Source: Lama guanicoe
Taxonomy: Eukaryota
DNA length: 64,000 nucleotides
Assembly: GCA_013239625.1 (NCBI GenBank)
Contig: MU055016.1
Span: 48,867-112,866 of the forward strand
Direction: 5' to 3'
The notes beneath the pieces were generated by a model. The model searched no databases and had not been told where the DNA came from. It saw only the letters and a list, made by a program, of their open reading frames with translations. This document shows, piece after piece, positions 1-23,399 of this stretch. Position 1 is the first letter of the stretch. Each line of letters begins with the position of its first letter. Both the position numbers and the translations under genes were made by a program.

Positions 1-3000
1 GGGGGGGGGGGGTGCTGCTGTGCCAAGGACTTCACCCTGGACCTTCAGCTCTGGCTCCTCTTGGGGGCTCAGGGGCCCCTCCTCCATCCAGTGGCATCTC
101 CCCGACTTCTCTGTCGTTCTCTCCATGCTCCTCTGTCCCTCTGTCCAAGCCCAGAAATCCTTTTGGAGGAGAAGTGCTGCTTGCCCCTCCCAGACCCTCC
201 CCCTGTCCTGTGACCCAGGAGCTCCAGAAAGTCCAGCCAGATGGCACTTTCCTGTTGGCCCCTAGCACGGGCTCCATGTCCCTGGCTCCCTGTGCCCTGG
301 CCTGCTGGCATGGCCCTCACCCCCCACCTCCCTGGGGACTTTGTGGCCCCAGCACCACCCGGCGGAGACCCGGGAATCAGGCCCATCTATTTTTAAACAC
401 CAGCCCATGAAAGATTCACAGGCTGCTTTATTTACCGGTGGCGGGATGGCGTTGGTGCCTGTGGCACACCCCCTAAGAGGTCTGAAAACACACAGGCCCA
501 GACAAGCTCTGCCAGAGCGCCCCAGCGCAGGCTCCCGGGGGGCCTGCTGGGACGCTGCTCAGAGGATCAGAGGACCCCTCCCTGATCCGTACCCTCCCTC
601 GTCTCCGTGACAGCAGAGTCTTTCTCCCCTTCCTGGGTTTCCTCCAGGTCTTCATCCTGGGCAGGTCTGATGGGAGAGGAATCCACCTTCTCTGATCTGG
701 GGTGCAAAGTCGGGAGTGGCCTCACTTCCAGCGAGAAAGGGCAAATGGTGCTTGCTTATCTTGGCTTCCATAAAAGGGAGAGACTTGGCCCTTCCCTCCA
801 GATGCCCCACCCAACCCAAGACAAACACGAGGATCTCAGGGCCTCAAGGAGGCCAGGAGGTAGATGGCTAGGTCTTCAGTCAGGCCCAGCCCAAGAGAGC
901 AGTGCCTCGCCCCTCTGCTGCAGCCTCCGGTGGCCTCAGGAGGTGGTGCCGATTCAGCCTTAATTGTGTCACCTGGTGTCATGTGCTGCCTGGCGGAAAC
1001 CCAACAAATGTCCAGGAAGGCTCTCAGCTGTCAAGTGCAGGGTAGCCTAGCAACGGACTGGCCCAATGTCTTTCCTGGCTGCTTGTGGGAACAGGGCCGC
1101 ATCCCGGCCCATCAAGCTAGTGCTTCTGGCATGGGAGGAGCTCAGAGGGAGCCCTAGTCTGTCCCTGTTGAGTTGTGAGTCACTGATTTTAGAGAAAATC
1201 TCTTTTCTCAGTATCTCCACCAACCTAGAAGATTCTCTGGTGATTCACTTTCTAGAAACAAAAAGAGTTATTGTTAGCTTTCCAAATAGGGCATTACCGC
1301 AGAGTATTGAATAGTTGTTTCAGACCCACACCTGTGGGGTCTGGGCCTCTCCTCCCCCTCCTCACCAGAGGGAAAGTGGACGTTTTCTTTCCACAATTCC
1401 CCGAGGGGAGGAAGGAACCGGGGAAGAAAGTGAAATTGAGCAACAGCCTGTCCGTCTGTCTGAGGACGCAGCAGCGGGGGCAGGAGGACAGGGAAGAGGG
1501 CCAGGCAGCCTTCCCCAGGCAGTGGGTGTGGGGTACAGGAACTGGGGTCAGCCACTCCCCTGTCCCCTCCAGGAGCCCTGATTTCCCATCTGTAAAATGG
1601 AGACGCATTTACTCTGGAGAGCTGAGCCCCGACTGCATGCCAAGCATTGGTCTCAGGGCTGTCATACACCAACAATCAGAGCAGACGGTCCCAGAAGAGC
1701 AGCCGTGGGAGGTGGGGAAGAAGGACATCAAAGACACCGACCTACAGACAGGTAACTGAGTCACAGCAAGTGCAGGAAGAGTGAGGCAGGAGAAGGGATG
1801 GGAGTGAGGAGTGGTGCCGCCTGGGCAAGGGTGGTGGGCTGGAGCTAGGGGACCAGAAGGGAACCCTTGGGTAAAGCAGCTCTTTCTGCCCACCAGGTTG
1901 TGAGGACTGGATTCCATGGCTCCGTGAGGACCGTCTGGGGACCTTCAGCTGAAGGTCCTGTGAAAGCTGCTCCAAGAAGCCCGCCTACGATGCAGTCTCC
2001 CTGCCAGGACACCCCTGCAGCACCGCTGCTGTAGAACGTCCACATGACCCCCCAGCCTCCTCTCCCGAGGCCTCGCTGTCGCCCGTCCGGGGAGCCGTAA
2101 ATCTTGCAGCCAGCCCAGGGAAGAGTGGTGTCGGCGCCCTCTAACCCTGCCCCACCACCCGGGTCTCTCGGGCCACCTCTGCAGGGGGCAGCAAGGTCCT
2201 GTTCCAAGAGCTGCAAAAGAGGCAAGCTGGTCTGTTTGATAGAAAACAATGACCAGACGGATTTGGAAACAGACTGAATGAGAGAATGCTCTGATAGGTT
2301 TTACTGTGAGACGCCCGCAGGAGTAACACAGATGAAACGACCTCCATTTCTGGGAAACGCGGAGTACGTTTGTGAGTGGACTACTGCACCAGCAGCAGGG
2401 AAATCCCACCTCCCTTTGGGCCCTCTGAGGCCCCCATTCACCCCACGATTGAAGCTTTTGTACTTGTCAGCCAAAGTAGCAGTTCTAGGGGTGTCAGTGA
2501 AGTATTTTTGTCACAGATCACCTCGGCATCTGAAAATGGGAGGAGTCCAGTAATATAATTCTTAAGGCCCCAGTTGCTCCATGCAGGTGGCCACTTCCTA
2601 AGTTGCAGTAAACACAGGACCCCAGCCCACCAGGTGGAGAGGTTGTGCTGAAAGGAAACTTGGTTTTATAACTTCAATGGGCTCTGAGACCCGTTGGCTC
2701 TCCCCACAGGAGGTGACCTGGAGCACCAGGAAGGGTGCTCCTCTTCCAGGCCGGTGTAGCTGCACCTGCCCGGCCAGGCTTGCCCATCACTGTGGCAGCG
2801 TACACAGCCATCTGATATCTGCTCTGTCCGGGTGCAACAGGAGCGCCTGAGCCCCTGCCACCCAATGCCGGCAACCCCAGCCTCGCCCAGAAACACTCCT
2901 CGAGCCTACTCAACCCGCCCCGCTCCCCTTCCGGTGCGCCCATCAAGCTCCACATGGCGAGAGCTCCCCGCAGTCGCCAGAGGGGACTCGAAGGGGCAGG

Positions 3001-3561
3001 CGGCCCGTCCAGGTGACCGTTAGTCACTAGGGTGCAGTTCAAGGGCCCCTTTATGTAACGATAGGGCTGGCACGGGCGGCCGCGTCCTTGGGTCGCCTTT
3101 GGGGCCGCGATCTGGGCTCGAGGACGGCGCCGGGGCGGGGTAGCCCGGAGGTGGGGGACATGCGGAGTGCCACAGCCCAGGCGACCCCTGCACGGATGCG
3201 GGGGCTGGGAAGGGGCGCGACGCCAGGAGCCGGGCGGCCTGGCGGTGGGGCAGGGACAGTGTCTCTGGGCAGTGTCGCGAGGTGGGGCGGGGCCGGGTTG
3301 GGGGCGGGGCCGGTGACCGCTCGGCGGGTGGGGACGTCGCGGGGCGGGGCGGGCGCACCTAGCCGCTTCCCCCGCGCGCTCCTCCGCCCACCCGGGCCGC
3401 CCCGCCCCGTCCCTCCGCCCTCGCAATAAGGGGCCCGGGCGGGGCCCGGCGGGGAGGAGGGTCAGCTGCCGCCAGCCCGCAGCCGGAGCCCAGGCAGGGA
3501 TCCCGCGGCCCGCGCCGTCGGGGCTTCGAGGGCGCCGCCGCGCGCGCGCGCGCGGGCGGCC

Positions 3562-15990
<12,429 letters not shown>

Positions 15991-16449
15991 CCAGGGCCTG
16001 GGACAGGGCAGGACCTGTCCGGAGAATGGACAGAGGGACCCTGCCCACTGAAAAGCACCGTGTCCCCTCCCTCGGCTCCCCCGCTTCCACTCAGGCCCTG
16101 GAAGCAGGGGGCCCCTTCCTGTCACTGGCCTCAGATCCAGGCCCCAGATGTCCCTGTAAAGGAGTCAGCCAGAACCTCCCGCGGCTCTGAGGACAGGGCC
16201 TTGCCCACCCTTGTGCCCCCAGAGTCCGCGTAGGAGCAGGTCTGGGCCCCGTGGGGTGCGGAGGGATGCTCCGGGGTCCCAGCCGCGGCCTGCATCAGGC
16301 TCTCAGGGAGAGACAGGGGCTGAGGAGAGAGCAGGACACCTGGGCTCCTGCCACCTGGGCCTCAGGGAGCCTGAAAGCAGGGTCTGCGGCTCCCACCGTC
16401 CCTGGGGAGCAAGTCTGCTGAATCTGGACCGTGCTCCATCGTTGTTTTT

Positions 16450-16455
16450 TATAAA
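16450..16455 (+). terminator. Likely AGPAT2 polyadenylation signal (variant TATAAA)
   Basis: U-rich run then TATAAA, with GU-rich gtgtttggtgagttgtgg downstream; no AATAAA seen between the stop codon and this point. Confidence 0.7.
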
Positions 16456-17002
16456 CACACTCTTGGAAGTGTTTGGTGAGTTGTGGTCCCTTTGAGGGCA
16501 GGCAGGGCTTCTGTCTGGAGACGCAAGGCACAGCCTGGGCAGCGCGTGGGAGTCTGCAAGCTGCCCTGCCTTCCCCTCCCCAGGGCACAGTGTGGGAGCC
16601 CCGGATCTGCCCCCCTTGGCGGGCTTCCCTTCCAGGGGCTGCGCCCGCGGTCACCCTGTGATACTTTCTTCCATGGGAGTCACAAGCATGCCCGGCGGGC
16701 TGGGAGACACTCGGATAGGAGGCTGGAGATTTGCTTTGTGGCTACTGGCTTGGGGTGGCGGTAGGCAGCACCGGAAGGAAGGTGTCTCTGTGGCCAGTGT
16801 CACGGTCACTGAAACCACCTGCTTTAGCCCCTTTTGGAGAGAGAGCACCAAGACCCTACCTAAGAGGGCCCAGGGGGCTGGAGGCCTCCTCCCTGCCCCG
16901 AGGCCACCCTCCTCTCTTCTACCAGGTGGTGGTGGGCCTAGGGGAGGCCCGTCAGCCTCAGAAGGCCCCCACAATCCATGGACACAGCAGCTCAAGTCTC
17001 AT

Positions 17003-17008
17003 TTTATT
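17003..17008 (-). terminator. EGFL7 polyadenylation signal AATAAA
   Basis: Plus-strand tttatt, about 340 nt downstream of the EGFL7 stop. Confidence 0.85.
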
Positions 17009-17345
17009 CTGACAAAGATCAGGGCTGCCCAGTGAGCAGCACTGGGCCCGAGGCTCTGGGCAGGGAGCCCTCGTACCTCCTCTCAGCCAGGGGCCCACCA
17101 GGCCCCAAGAGCCAGCCAGGGCTGCAGGGGTCTGGCTGGGCTGTGCTCTCAAGGCTGGAGGGCTGTCTGGGCTGGGGCTGGATTCACGCAGGAAGACCCC
17201 TCACTCCACCCTGCCCCACGTGGGAGCCGCGGGGTCTCCTCGGCAAGAAGAGGTGAGGGGTAGGGGACAGGGCCTAGGGCAGGGCAGGGCCAGGACAAAG
17301 CCCGGGGCTCTTGGTGGCCAGAGCTGGCGGCCTGGGCCAGGCCAG

Positions 17346-17368
17346 TCATAGCTCCTTCTTGCAGGAAC
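17346..17368 (-). CDS. EGFL7: EGFL7 last coding exon
   Basis: cttag|GT TCC TGC AAG AAG GAG CTA TGA. Confidence 0.94.
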
Positions 17369-20300
17369 CTAAGGGTGCATGGGGAGCGTGAGGTCAGAGG
17401 TCACTGCTCCCACCACTTTCCAGCCCAGCCAGATTTCCCCACTCCCACCCTACCCTACCCTCTGGCCTCTCTGGGCAGGGACCCACTCCAGCCTCGGGGG
17501 TCCTAGGCAACCGGGGAACTCCGAGGATGGGGAGGCGATGGGGACCACGGCACTCACAGGAACCCAGCTGCTCCTCCAGGAAGGAGATCTGCTCACTTAG
17601 AGAGTCGATGCGGTCCAGCTGCTGGAGGGAGTGGGCCAGGAGGCTGCCGGGGTCGGGGAGCCCATGCTCCAGGGCCCGAGAGGCCAGGCTGTGCAGTGGG
17701 GCCAGCACAAGCTGCAGCTTCTGTGGGTCAGGCAGAGGGCTCGGCTGGGGAAGGGCCTGTGTGACCCTGGGCCAGCCTCTCGCCCTCTCTGTTCCACAAG
17801 GATTTAAGGAAAACTGCTGTGGCCAGCAAGGGCTCAGCCAACCCCCAACCCAGTTCTAGCTGCTTGGCCCTGGAAGTCCACTAGAGGGAGCTTCTGCACC
17901 AGGAGAGCCCGGAGGTGGGTGGGCACAGATGAACATCGCACAGGCCAGCCAGGCCAGTGGTCCCTGAGGCCTGGGATCCCGGTCAGAGGAGCTAACAGAG
18001 GCGAGGGAGCTTCTGAGGGGTCTCAGGCCAAAGGCCCTATGGAAAGGCCACAGGGTCACTCTGCCCCTACAGGGACAGAGTGGGCTGGGCCTAGGTTCAG
18101 GCTCTCTGTGTGGCCTGGGGGTGGGGCCGTGCTTGGCCGCTCCTGTTCTGGGGGTCCCAGTCATCATCCGCTGCCCCTCCCTGGCAAAGGGTATCCTGGG
18201 CTGTCAGTATCCAGGAAGCCTCCCCACAGGGCACCAGCACCCCTGCTGAACCCCACCATCACCCCGAGGGTTGGATTCACATCGCAAGGCAAAACAGGAG
18301 GTTCCCAGCTGAGGTTCCCCTGGGTACCCAGCCCAGGCCTCACCTGCTCTAGCACGTCCACCCTTGACCGGAGCCTCTGCACTTCCTCCTTCACCTCACT
18401 GTCCACTCCTGCGGAGATCCAGGAGTGAGTCAAGGAGGCCTGGCTCCCCACCCTGCACCCCACCGCAGGCTGGCCTCGTGTCCCAGTGGGGGGCCTCCCG
18501 TCCTCTGCTCCAGGTGTGGGGCACAGCCCTGGAGATGGATTCCAGCCCCGCTGTCGTGGGAGCCCCTCCCCCCATTCCGGGCCCTGGTGGCCCCTTCAGG
18601 GCACCCTGGGATGACGTAGCCCCACCCTGCCCGCCGCTCAGTGCCGGGGTCCCCGCCGAGCTGAAGGTGGTCCGAGCTGAGGCCCGCGCCGCGCTCTTGG
18701 TGCTGGGCTGCCGACGGCGCATTATTACTCACGGTACGAGTTTGAAGTGTCACAGCGCGTACCAAAAGTAATAATGTCCCGTCACCAGCAGAGGTGCTGT
18801 CTCTCCAGGCTGCCCGGGCCACTGCCTGGTAGGGACCTTCTTCCAGTCTTGGCTGAGTTGAGGCCCTCCCCACTGTGCCCATGAGAACCCACCAGCCATC
18901 CTTCCTCTGGGGAGGAGCCCAGGGTAGGGGCTGGCCCACGGCCCAGGGCCGGTCGCCCTCCGATGCCCCCGCCACACCCAGCAGCCCCCGGCCCTCCCTG
19001 CCCACCCCTTGGGTGCAGCAGCAAGTGGGGTGGGGGAAGTGGGGAGTTTACCTGTCGCGGGGTTTGGGGCCGCCCTAGGCGTCCCTCTGTCCGGCAGGCA
19101 GAGTGCCCCGTCCATAGAAGGGCTGTGCCCCTCTCGACACTGGCACCAGTAACTGCCTGCGGTGTTGACACAGTGCTGGGGACAGCCACCCCCTCCGGTG
19201 CTGCATTCATCCACGTCTGCGGGAAAGGGATGTCAAGCAGGGGTGGCGCCCAGCTGTTAGTGGGCTACCAGGACACACAGGGAGTCGCCCCAAGGACCCT
19301 CCCCCTTGGGGGATGCGGGACCCAGCCTCACCTGTCTGGCAGGTGTCTCCCTGCCAACCTGAAGGGCAGTGGCAGCGGCCAGGCTGGATACAGCGCCCTC
19401 CGTTCTGGCATGGCGGCTGGCATATTGCTGTGGGTGGGGGAAACCCGGCAAGAACTCAGAAGGGTCCGCAGGGCCCCGCAGGGGTGGCAGCCCAGGGAGC
19501 GGTGTTGTGCAGGAGATGCTCCCCTCAGGTTTTGAGAGAAAAGCAGCAAGCGTTTTGCCCAGGGTCTGGTGGGTGGGACAGACTGCTGCCTAGCTGGGCT
19601 CTATTTTAACTAACGCTCGGTGCTCCGGGGCCCTCACCTGCGCCACAGGGTCCAGGCAGTCCGCTGGCCCTCTTCCAGCCGGGGCAGCAGGCATAGCGAG
19701 GCCGGGCGGGGGCCGGCCCGGGGCTGCGGCGGTAGGCGGTCCTGTAGACTGTCCTGTGGGATGGGGGGCAGCTCAGAGGGACCCGATCCTCGTGGGGTGG
19801 GCTCTGTGGGTGCCACCAGGTCTCCTGGGCCCAGGCCAGGGTTTCCCCAAACATGCTGAGTGAGGTACCCCCTGCCCTCCCTGTCCGCCGGCCTTCCCAG
19901 CTGGCTCGGTCCCCGAACCCTCCAGAAGCCACATGAACCACCTCCCTCAGCAGGGACAAGGTCACTCAGATGTGCCCCCAGAAGTCCTCTCCCTCATGGG
20001 TGGCACCTCAGGGTCACTGCACAAGCCATCTTCCTGTTCCACGCTGCGGTGTTGACAGGGACCCAAGGCTTGGCAGGAGGCCCAGCTGTGCCCAGCATGG
20101 AGCAGAGGTGGCATCTCGAGGACAGCTTCCAATTCTAGGGGCGGGGACCTAGACCCCAAGAGGAAGAAGCTGGCCACACTGTCTCCCCCGCCACCTCCCA
20201 CCAGGGAGGTCTGTAAGAACCTTACAGAAAATAAAAGCTTCTTAAGACACACAAAGTGGAGCGGAGACACACGCCCCTCACACTGGCGCAGACTGGGATG

Positions 20301-21222
20301 TCCTGGGTTTTGGAGGGGGTGGGATCTCCATCTGCCACTGTCAGGGGCTATCCTGGGCAGAGGGGGGCCAATGGAGCCCCGGGGGCAGGGCCAGGGCGAG
20401 GCAGGTTTCAGGGAACCAAGTGGGTGAGATCCGGTAGCCAGCAACGCTGCGGGTCGGGGGTGAGCGCCTGGACAGCGGAGGGGAGCAGACAGGGTGGCTG
20501 GCCCCTCTAACATGAGGGTGGGGGAGCAGACGCGCTGGGCGCCCTCGGAGTAGCAGAAAGAGGGGTGCTGTCTGAGGCTACGGCAGCAGCACCCCAAGTC
20601 CAGCACTGCCCGGGTAAACCCCCGTCAGTCTCTGCCATCCCCTCGCAGTGGCCTTGGCAAGTCGTTTCACTGCTCTGGGCACCCTTTCCCTTCGGGGTGC
20701 ACCGCCCTCCCAGGGCTCATGTGTGGCCGCAGACAGGGCCCCGCGGCGGCGGGCGGCACTCACCGGTAGGTGCTGCAAGCTCGGTACCCGTCGCAGGTGG
20801 TGAGGAAGGGCTGGTACATGCGTTGCACGAAGGACTCGGACACGGGGCCCCTGGGAACCCCGACAACACACACCCTGCGGCTACGGGGGTGACAGGGGCC
20901 AGAAAGTCAGTGGGGGGGTCCCAGGACTGGGACCCTCCCAGTCCCAGAACCCAAGGGAGCCAGGAATGTGGGGAAGGGGTTTCCTGATGTCACCCTGGGA
21001 AGGACTCTCAGCAGGAGCCACAAGGAAGAACCATAGCTCCCCGCTCCAAACACTAGGGGCTGCCCTGGGCAGGGGCTGAGGGCTCCTGGCTGGGCACCCC
21101 CTACCCCCACCCTGGCACTCAGAGGCCCGAGCCCAGGCTCACCCAGGCCGGTAGAGGTGCTCGGTGCCACCAGCTGCCAGCACCAGGAACCACAGCAGAA
21201 GCAGCTCCCGGGAGCCCCACAT
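17346..21222 (-). CDS. EGFL7: EGF-like domain multiple 7 (VE-statin); complement(join(17346..17368,17558..17720,18344..18408,19052..19216,19332..19427,19638..19753,20764..20880,21143..21222)), 274 aa
   Basis: Exons of 80+117+116+96+165+65+163+23 = 825 nt, all GT-AG. They encode signal peptide [16 protein letters not shown], an EMI domain, an EGF domain, a Ca-binding EGF domain (DVDEC...[12 protein letters not shown]) and a coiled-coil C-terminus ending LGSCSCKKEL*. Confidence 0.98.
17558..17720 (-). CDS. EGFL7: EGFL7 coding exon 7
   Basis: [54 protein letters not shown]. Confidence 0.96.
18344..18408 (-). CDS. EGFL7: EGFL7 coding exon 6
   Basis: [21 protein letters not shown]. Confidence 0.96.
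18709..18790 (-). ncRNA. MIR126: miR-126 precursor hairpin (5p 18756..18776; 3p 18718..18739), intronic in EGFL7
   Basis: Minus strand reads CATTATTACTTTTGGTACGCG-ctgtgacacttcaaac-TCGTACCGTGAGTAATAATGCG, matching the known mature miR-126-5p and -3p; arms are complementary; position is the expected EGFL7 intron. Confidence 0.99.
19052..19216 (-). CDS. EGFL7: EGFL7 coding exon 5 (Ca-binding EGF)
   Basis: [54 protein letters not shown]; donor gtaaac. Confidence 0.96.
19332..19427 (-). CDS. EGFL7: EGFL7 coding exon 4 (EGF domain 1)
   Basis: [31 protein letters not shown]. Confidence 0.96.
19638..19753 (-). CDS. EGFL7: EGFL7 coding exon 3 (EMI domain)
   Basis: [38 protein letters not shown]. 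Confidence 0.96.
20764..20880 (-). CDS. EGFL7: EGFL7 coding exon 2 (EMI domain)
   Basis: [38 protein letters not shown]; tag acceptor, gtgagt donor. Confidence 0.96.
21143..21222 (-). CDS. EGFL7: EGFL7 first coding exon (signal peptide); the exon probably starts at 21262
   Basis: GGCCATGTGG; [26 protein letters not shown]; donor GG|gtgagc; upstream acceptor tttgtgctccag|GCCACC. Confidence 0.93.
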
Positions 21223-23399
21223 GGCCTATGTTTCTGTGTTTCTGGCTGCTCCTCAGGGTGGCCTGGAGCACAAAGCACGACCTTGTCATCCCTCTGCAGG
21301 CCGCCCTCCAGACCATGTCCCCGCTGCAGGCTGTCCCCTTGGCTCCATGACACCTGCCCAGCTCAGCTGCTTTGCTGGGACCTCCCATTGCAGCGGGAGA
21401 GTCTGCAGGGGTGGAGGCCAGCTCGTCCCACCCCCAGTCCATCTGGACAAGCAAGGACAGCCCCTCGCCAGCCACATATAGCCTGCCCAGGGACCACAGA
21501 AGGGCCACAGCATCTGGCACCCTTGCTGGGGGAGAGAGGCACTTGGACCCTGTTGGGATGGGCGGATGCCAACCTAGAAGGCATCAGAAACTCAGGAAAG
21601 TTCACTCAGGAAGGTGGGGGCCCAGGGGGAGCATCTGGACCAGTTCTCCCTCCCCAACTCAGTTTAGTGCCCTCCGTTTCACAGGAGGGCAGGGCTTTTC
21701 CCAATCTCAGCCTGCAAGTGGGTGTTAGTGGCAGAGCTGGAACCATCCCAGCTGGCTTGGCCCTCATGGCCTTCAGTGACCTCATCTGCCAGGCGGGTAG
21801 CCAGCTGCGGTGCCATGAGAGCCCATCGGGGGTGCAGGCGCTGGGGGTGCGGACTCCATTATGGTCCTCCTCAGAGTGGGGCAGGCGCCTGCACTCAGGA
21901 GGGGGTTCCTCCTATGCTGCAGACTGAAGCTGTAGTGCAGACCACCTCCAGGGCTCCCAAGACAGCGGCCCCCACAGCTTCCCGTCTGGTGGACAGACTG
22001 GAGCAGCGCCCCCACAGGCCAGTGGAGCTGACTGCTATCCACATCCTGGCTGTGGATGGGAGCCAGGGAGGCTCCTGGGATTCCTGGGAATGTGAGAAAC
22101 CCCAGCCTGGAGTTAATGGTCTGCAATGAGCCAAGGGGACCGGAGCAGGGCGGCAAGGCCTCTATCCCCATAGGCCGCCAAGGGTCTGGGGCGCTGGTGA
22201 CCCTATGCTCTGGGTGCCCCACCCAAGGTCTCCAAGGGGCCAGGTTCGACCCACATGGGCACCCAGCAGGAAAGGGCACAGGAAGGAGGTGAACTGTGTG
22301 TGTGCTGTGGGTAGGCGCAGAAGAGTCAGGGTATGGTCCGCCCAGTCCACTCGGGGATTCAGCGGGGAGTTCCGTCCATGCCCTTGACCACTGCATCCCA
22401 TAGCCCTGGGCGGGGCAGGGCGGGAAGGCAGGGGTACAAGGGTCCTTCCTGCATCCCGAGGTGGGAGGGGCTGGGTGGCCCAGCAGGCAGAGGCTGCAGT
22501 GGGCAGCTGAGGTGTGGGGCTTGGTTTGAGAGCGGCAGGGGTGCTTCTCAGCGGGGCAGGGGACTGACCTTCCAGTCTGAGCCAGCTGGCTTGGAAGGTG
22601 AAGTCTGTGGGGAGCACACTGTTAGGCGGTCCAGGCAAGAACTGAAATGGTGGAGACAGGTGGCCGGAGAGTGGGCCCTGGGACGGCAGAGGTCGGCTGG
22701 CGGGCTTGCAGGGTGGGGCGGGGACCCCTAGGGTTCCACAGACCCTGTGCTCACCCACACTGGGCACCTTGGGGGAGGCTCGTGTGAATGTACTGGCCCC
22801 CCACAAATATCCACCCCAGCACCTCCCCTACTTACTGAAAGCTGTTTAGAAAGGGAATCGTGCTTTTAAAAAGGAGAGGATTTTTGAAAGTCATGCTTTT
22901 CCCCTAGGCCAGAGGAAGCTGATGGCGCTGCCCAGCCTGTGCTGGGCTGGCATAATCTCATTTCCTTCTGGTGCTACAGCCCTGCTGGGGCTGTTGGCCG
23001 AGGTGCCTCCGTAGTGATCAGCAATAATGTCCTGACCCTTCTGAATGTCTGCATGAGCCCTGCCCACCACTTTCCCTCCCACCTGGCCTGGGCTGCATCC
23101 TTGCATCCCTGCCTGGGGAGACTGAGTCCGCAGAGGGAGAGGCCTGACTCCACCGCAGGCGACAGCCCTAGGTTCCCCTCTTCCACCAGGAGAGGTGCTC
23201 TGGACGTCAGGACCCATGGGCCGGGGGTGGGGGTGGGGGGCGAGGGCAACCTCTCCACCGCCCGCCCCACGCCTGCCCTTCCCTCTGCACGGCTGGCTCC
23301 GTGGGGAGTGGGAGTGAGGGTGAAGTGACACCTCCCTCAGCCACCGCAGGGCATGGCTGGCCTGGGCTGCGAGATCTAGGGCCCGTGAGGCTCTGAGTC

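Noticed and set aside
1-12. Poly-G run at the window edge
   Set aside because: Truncated by the window and without context
563-2410. Coding-looking pieces upstream of AGPAT2 (acidic minus-strand peptide near 565..755, acceptor-like site at 2211, donor-like site at 1752)
   Set aside because: They could not be joined into a consistent gene model and no family was recognised
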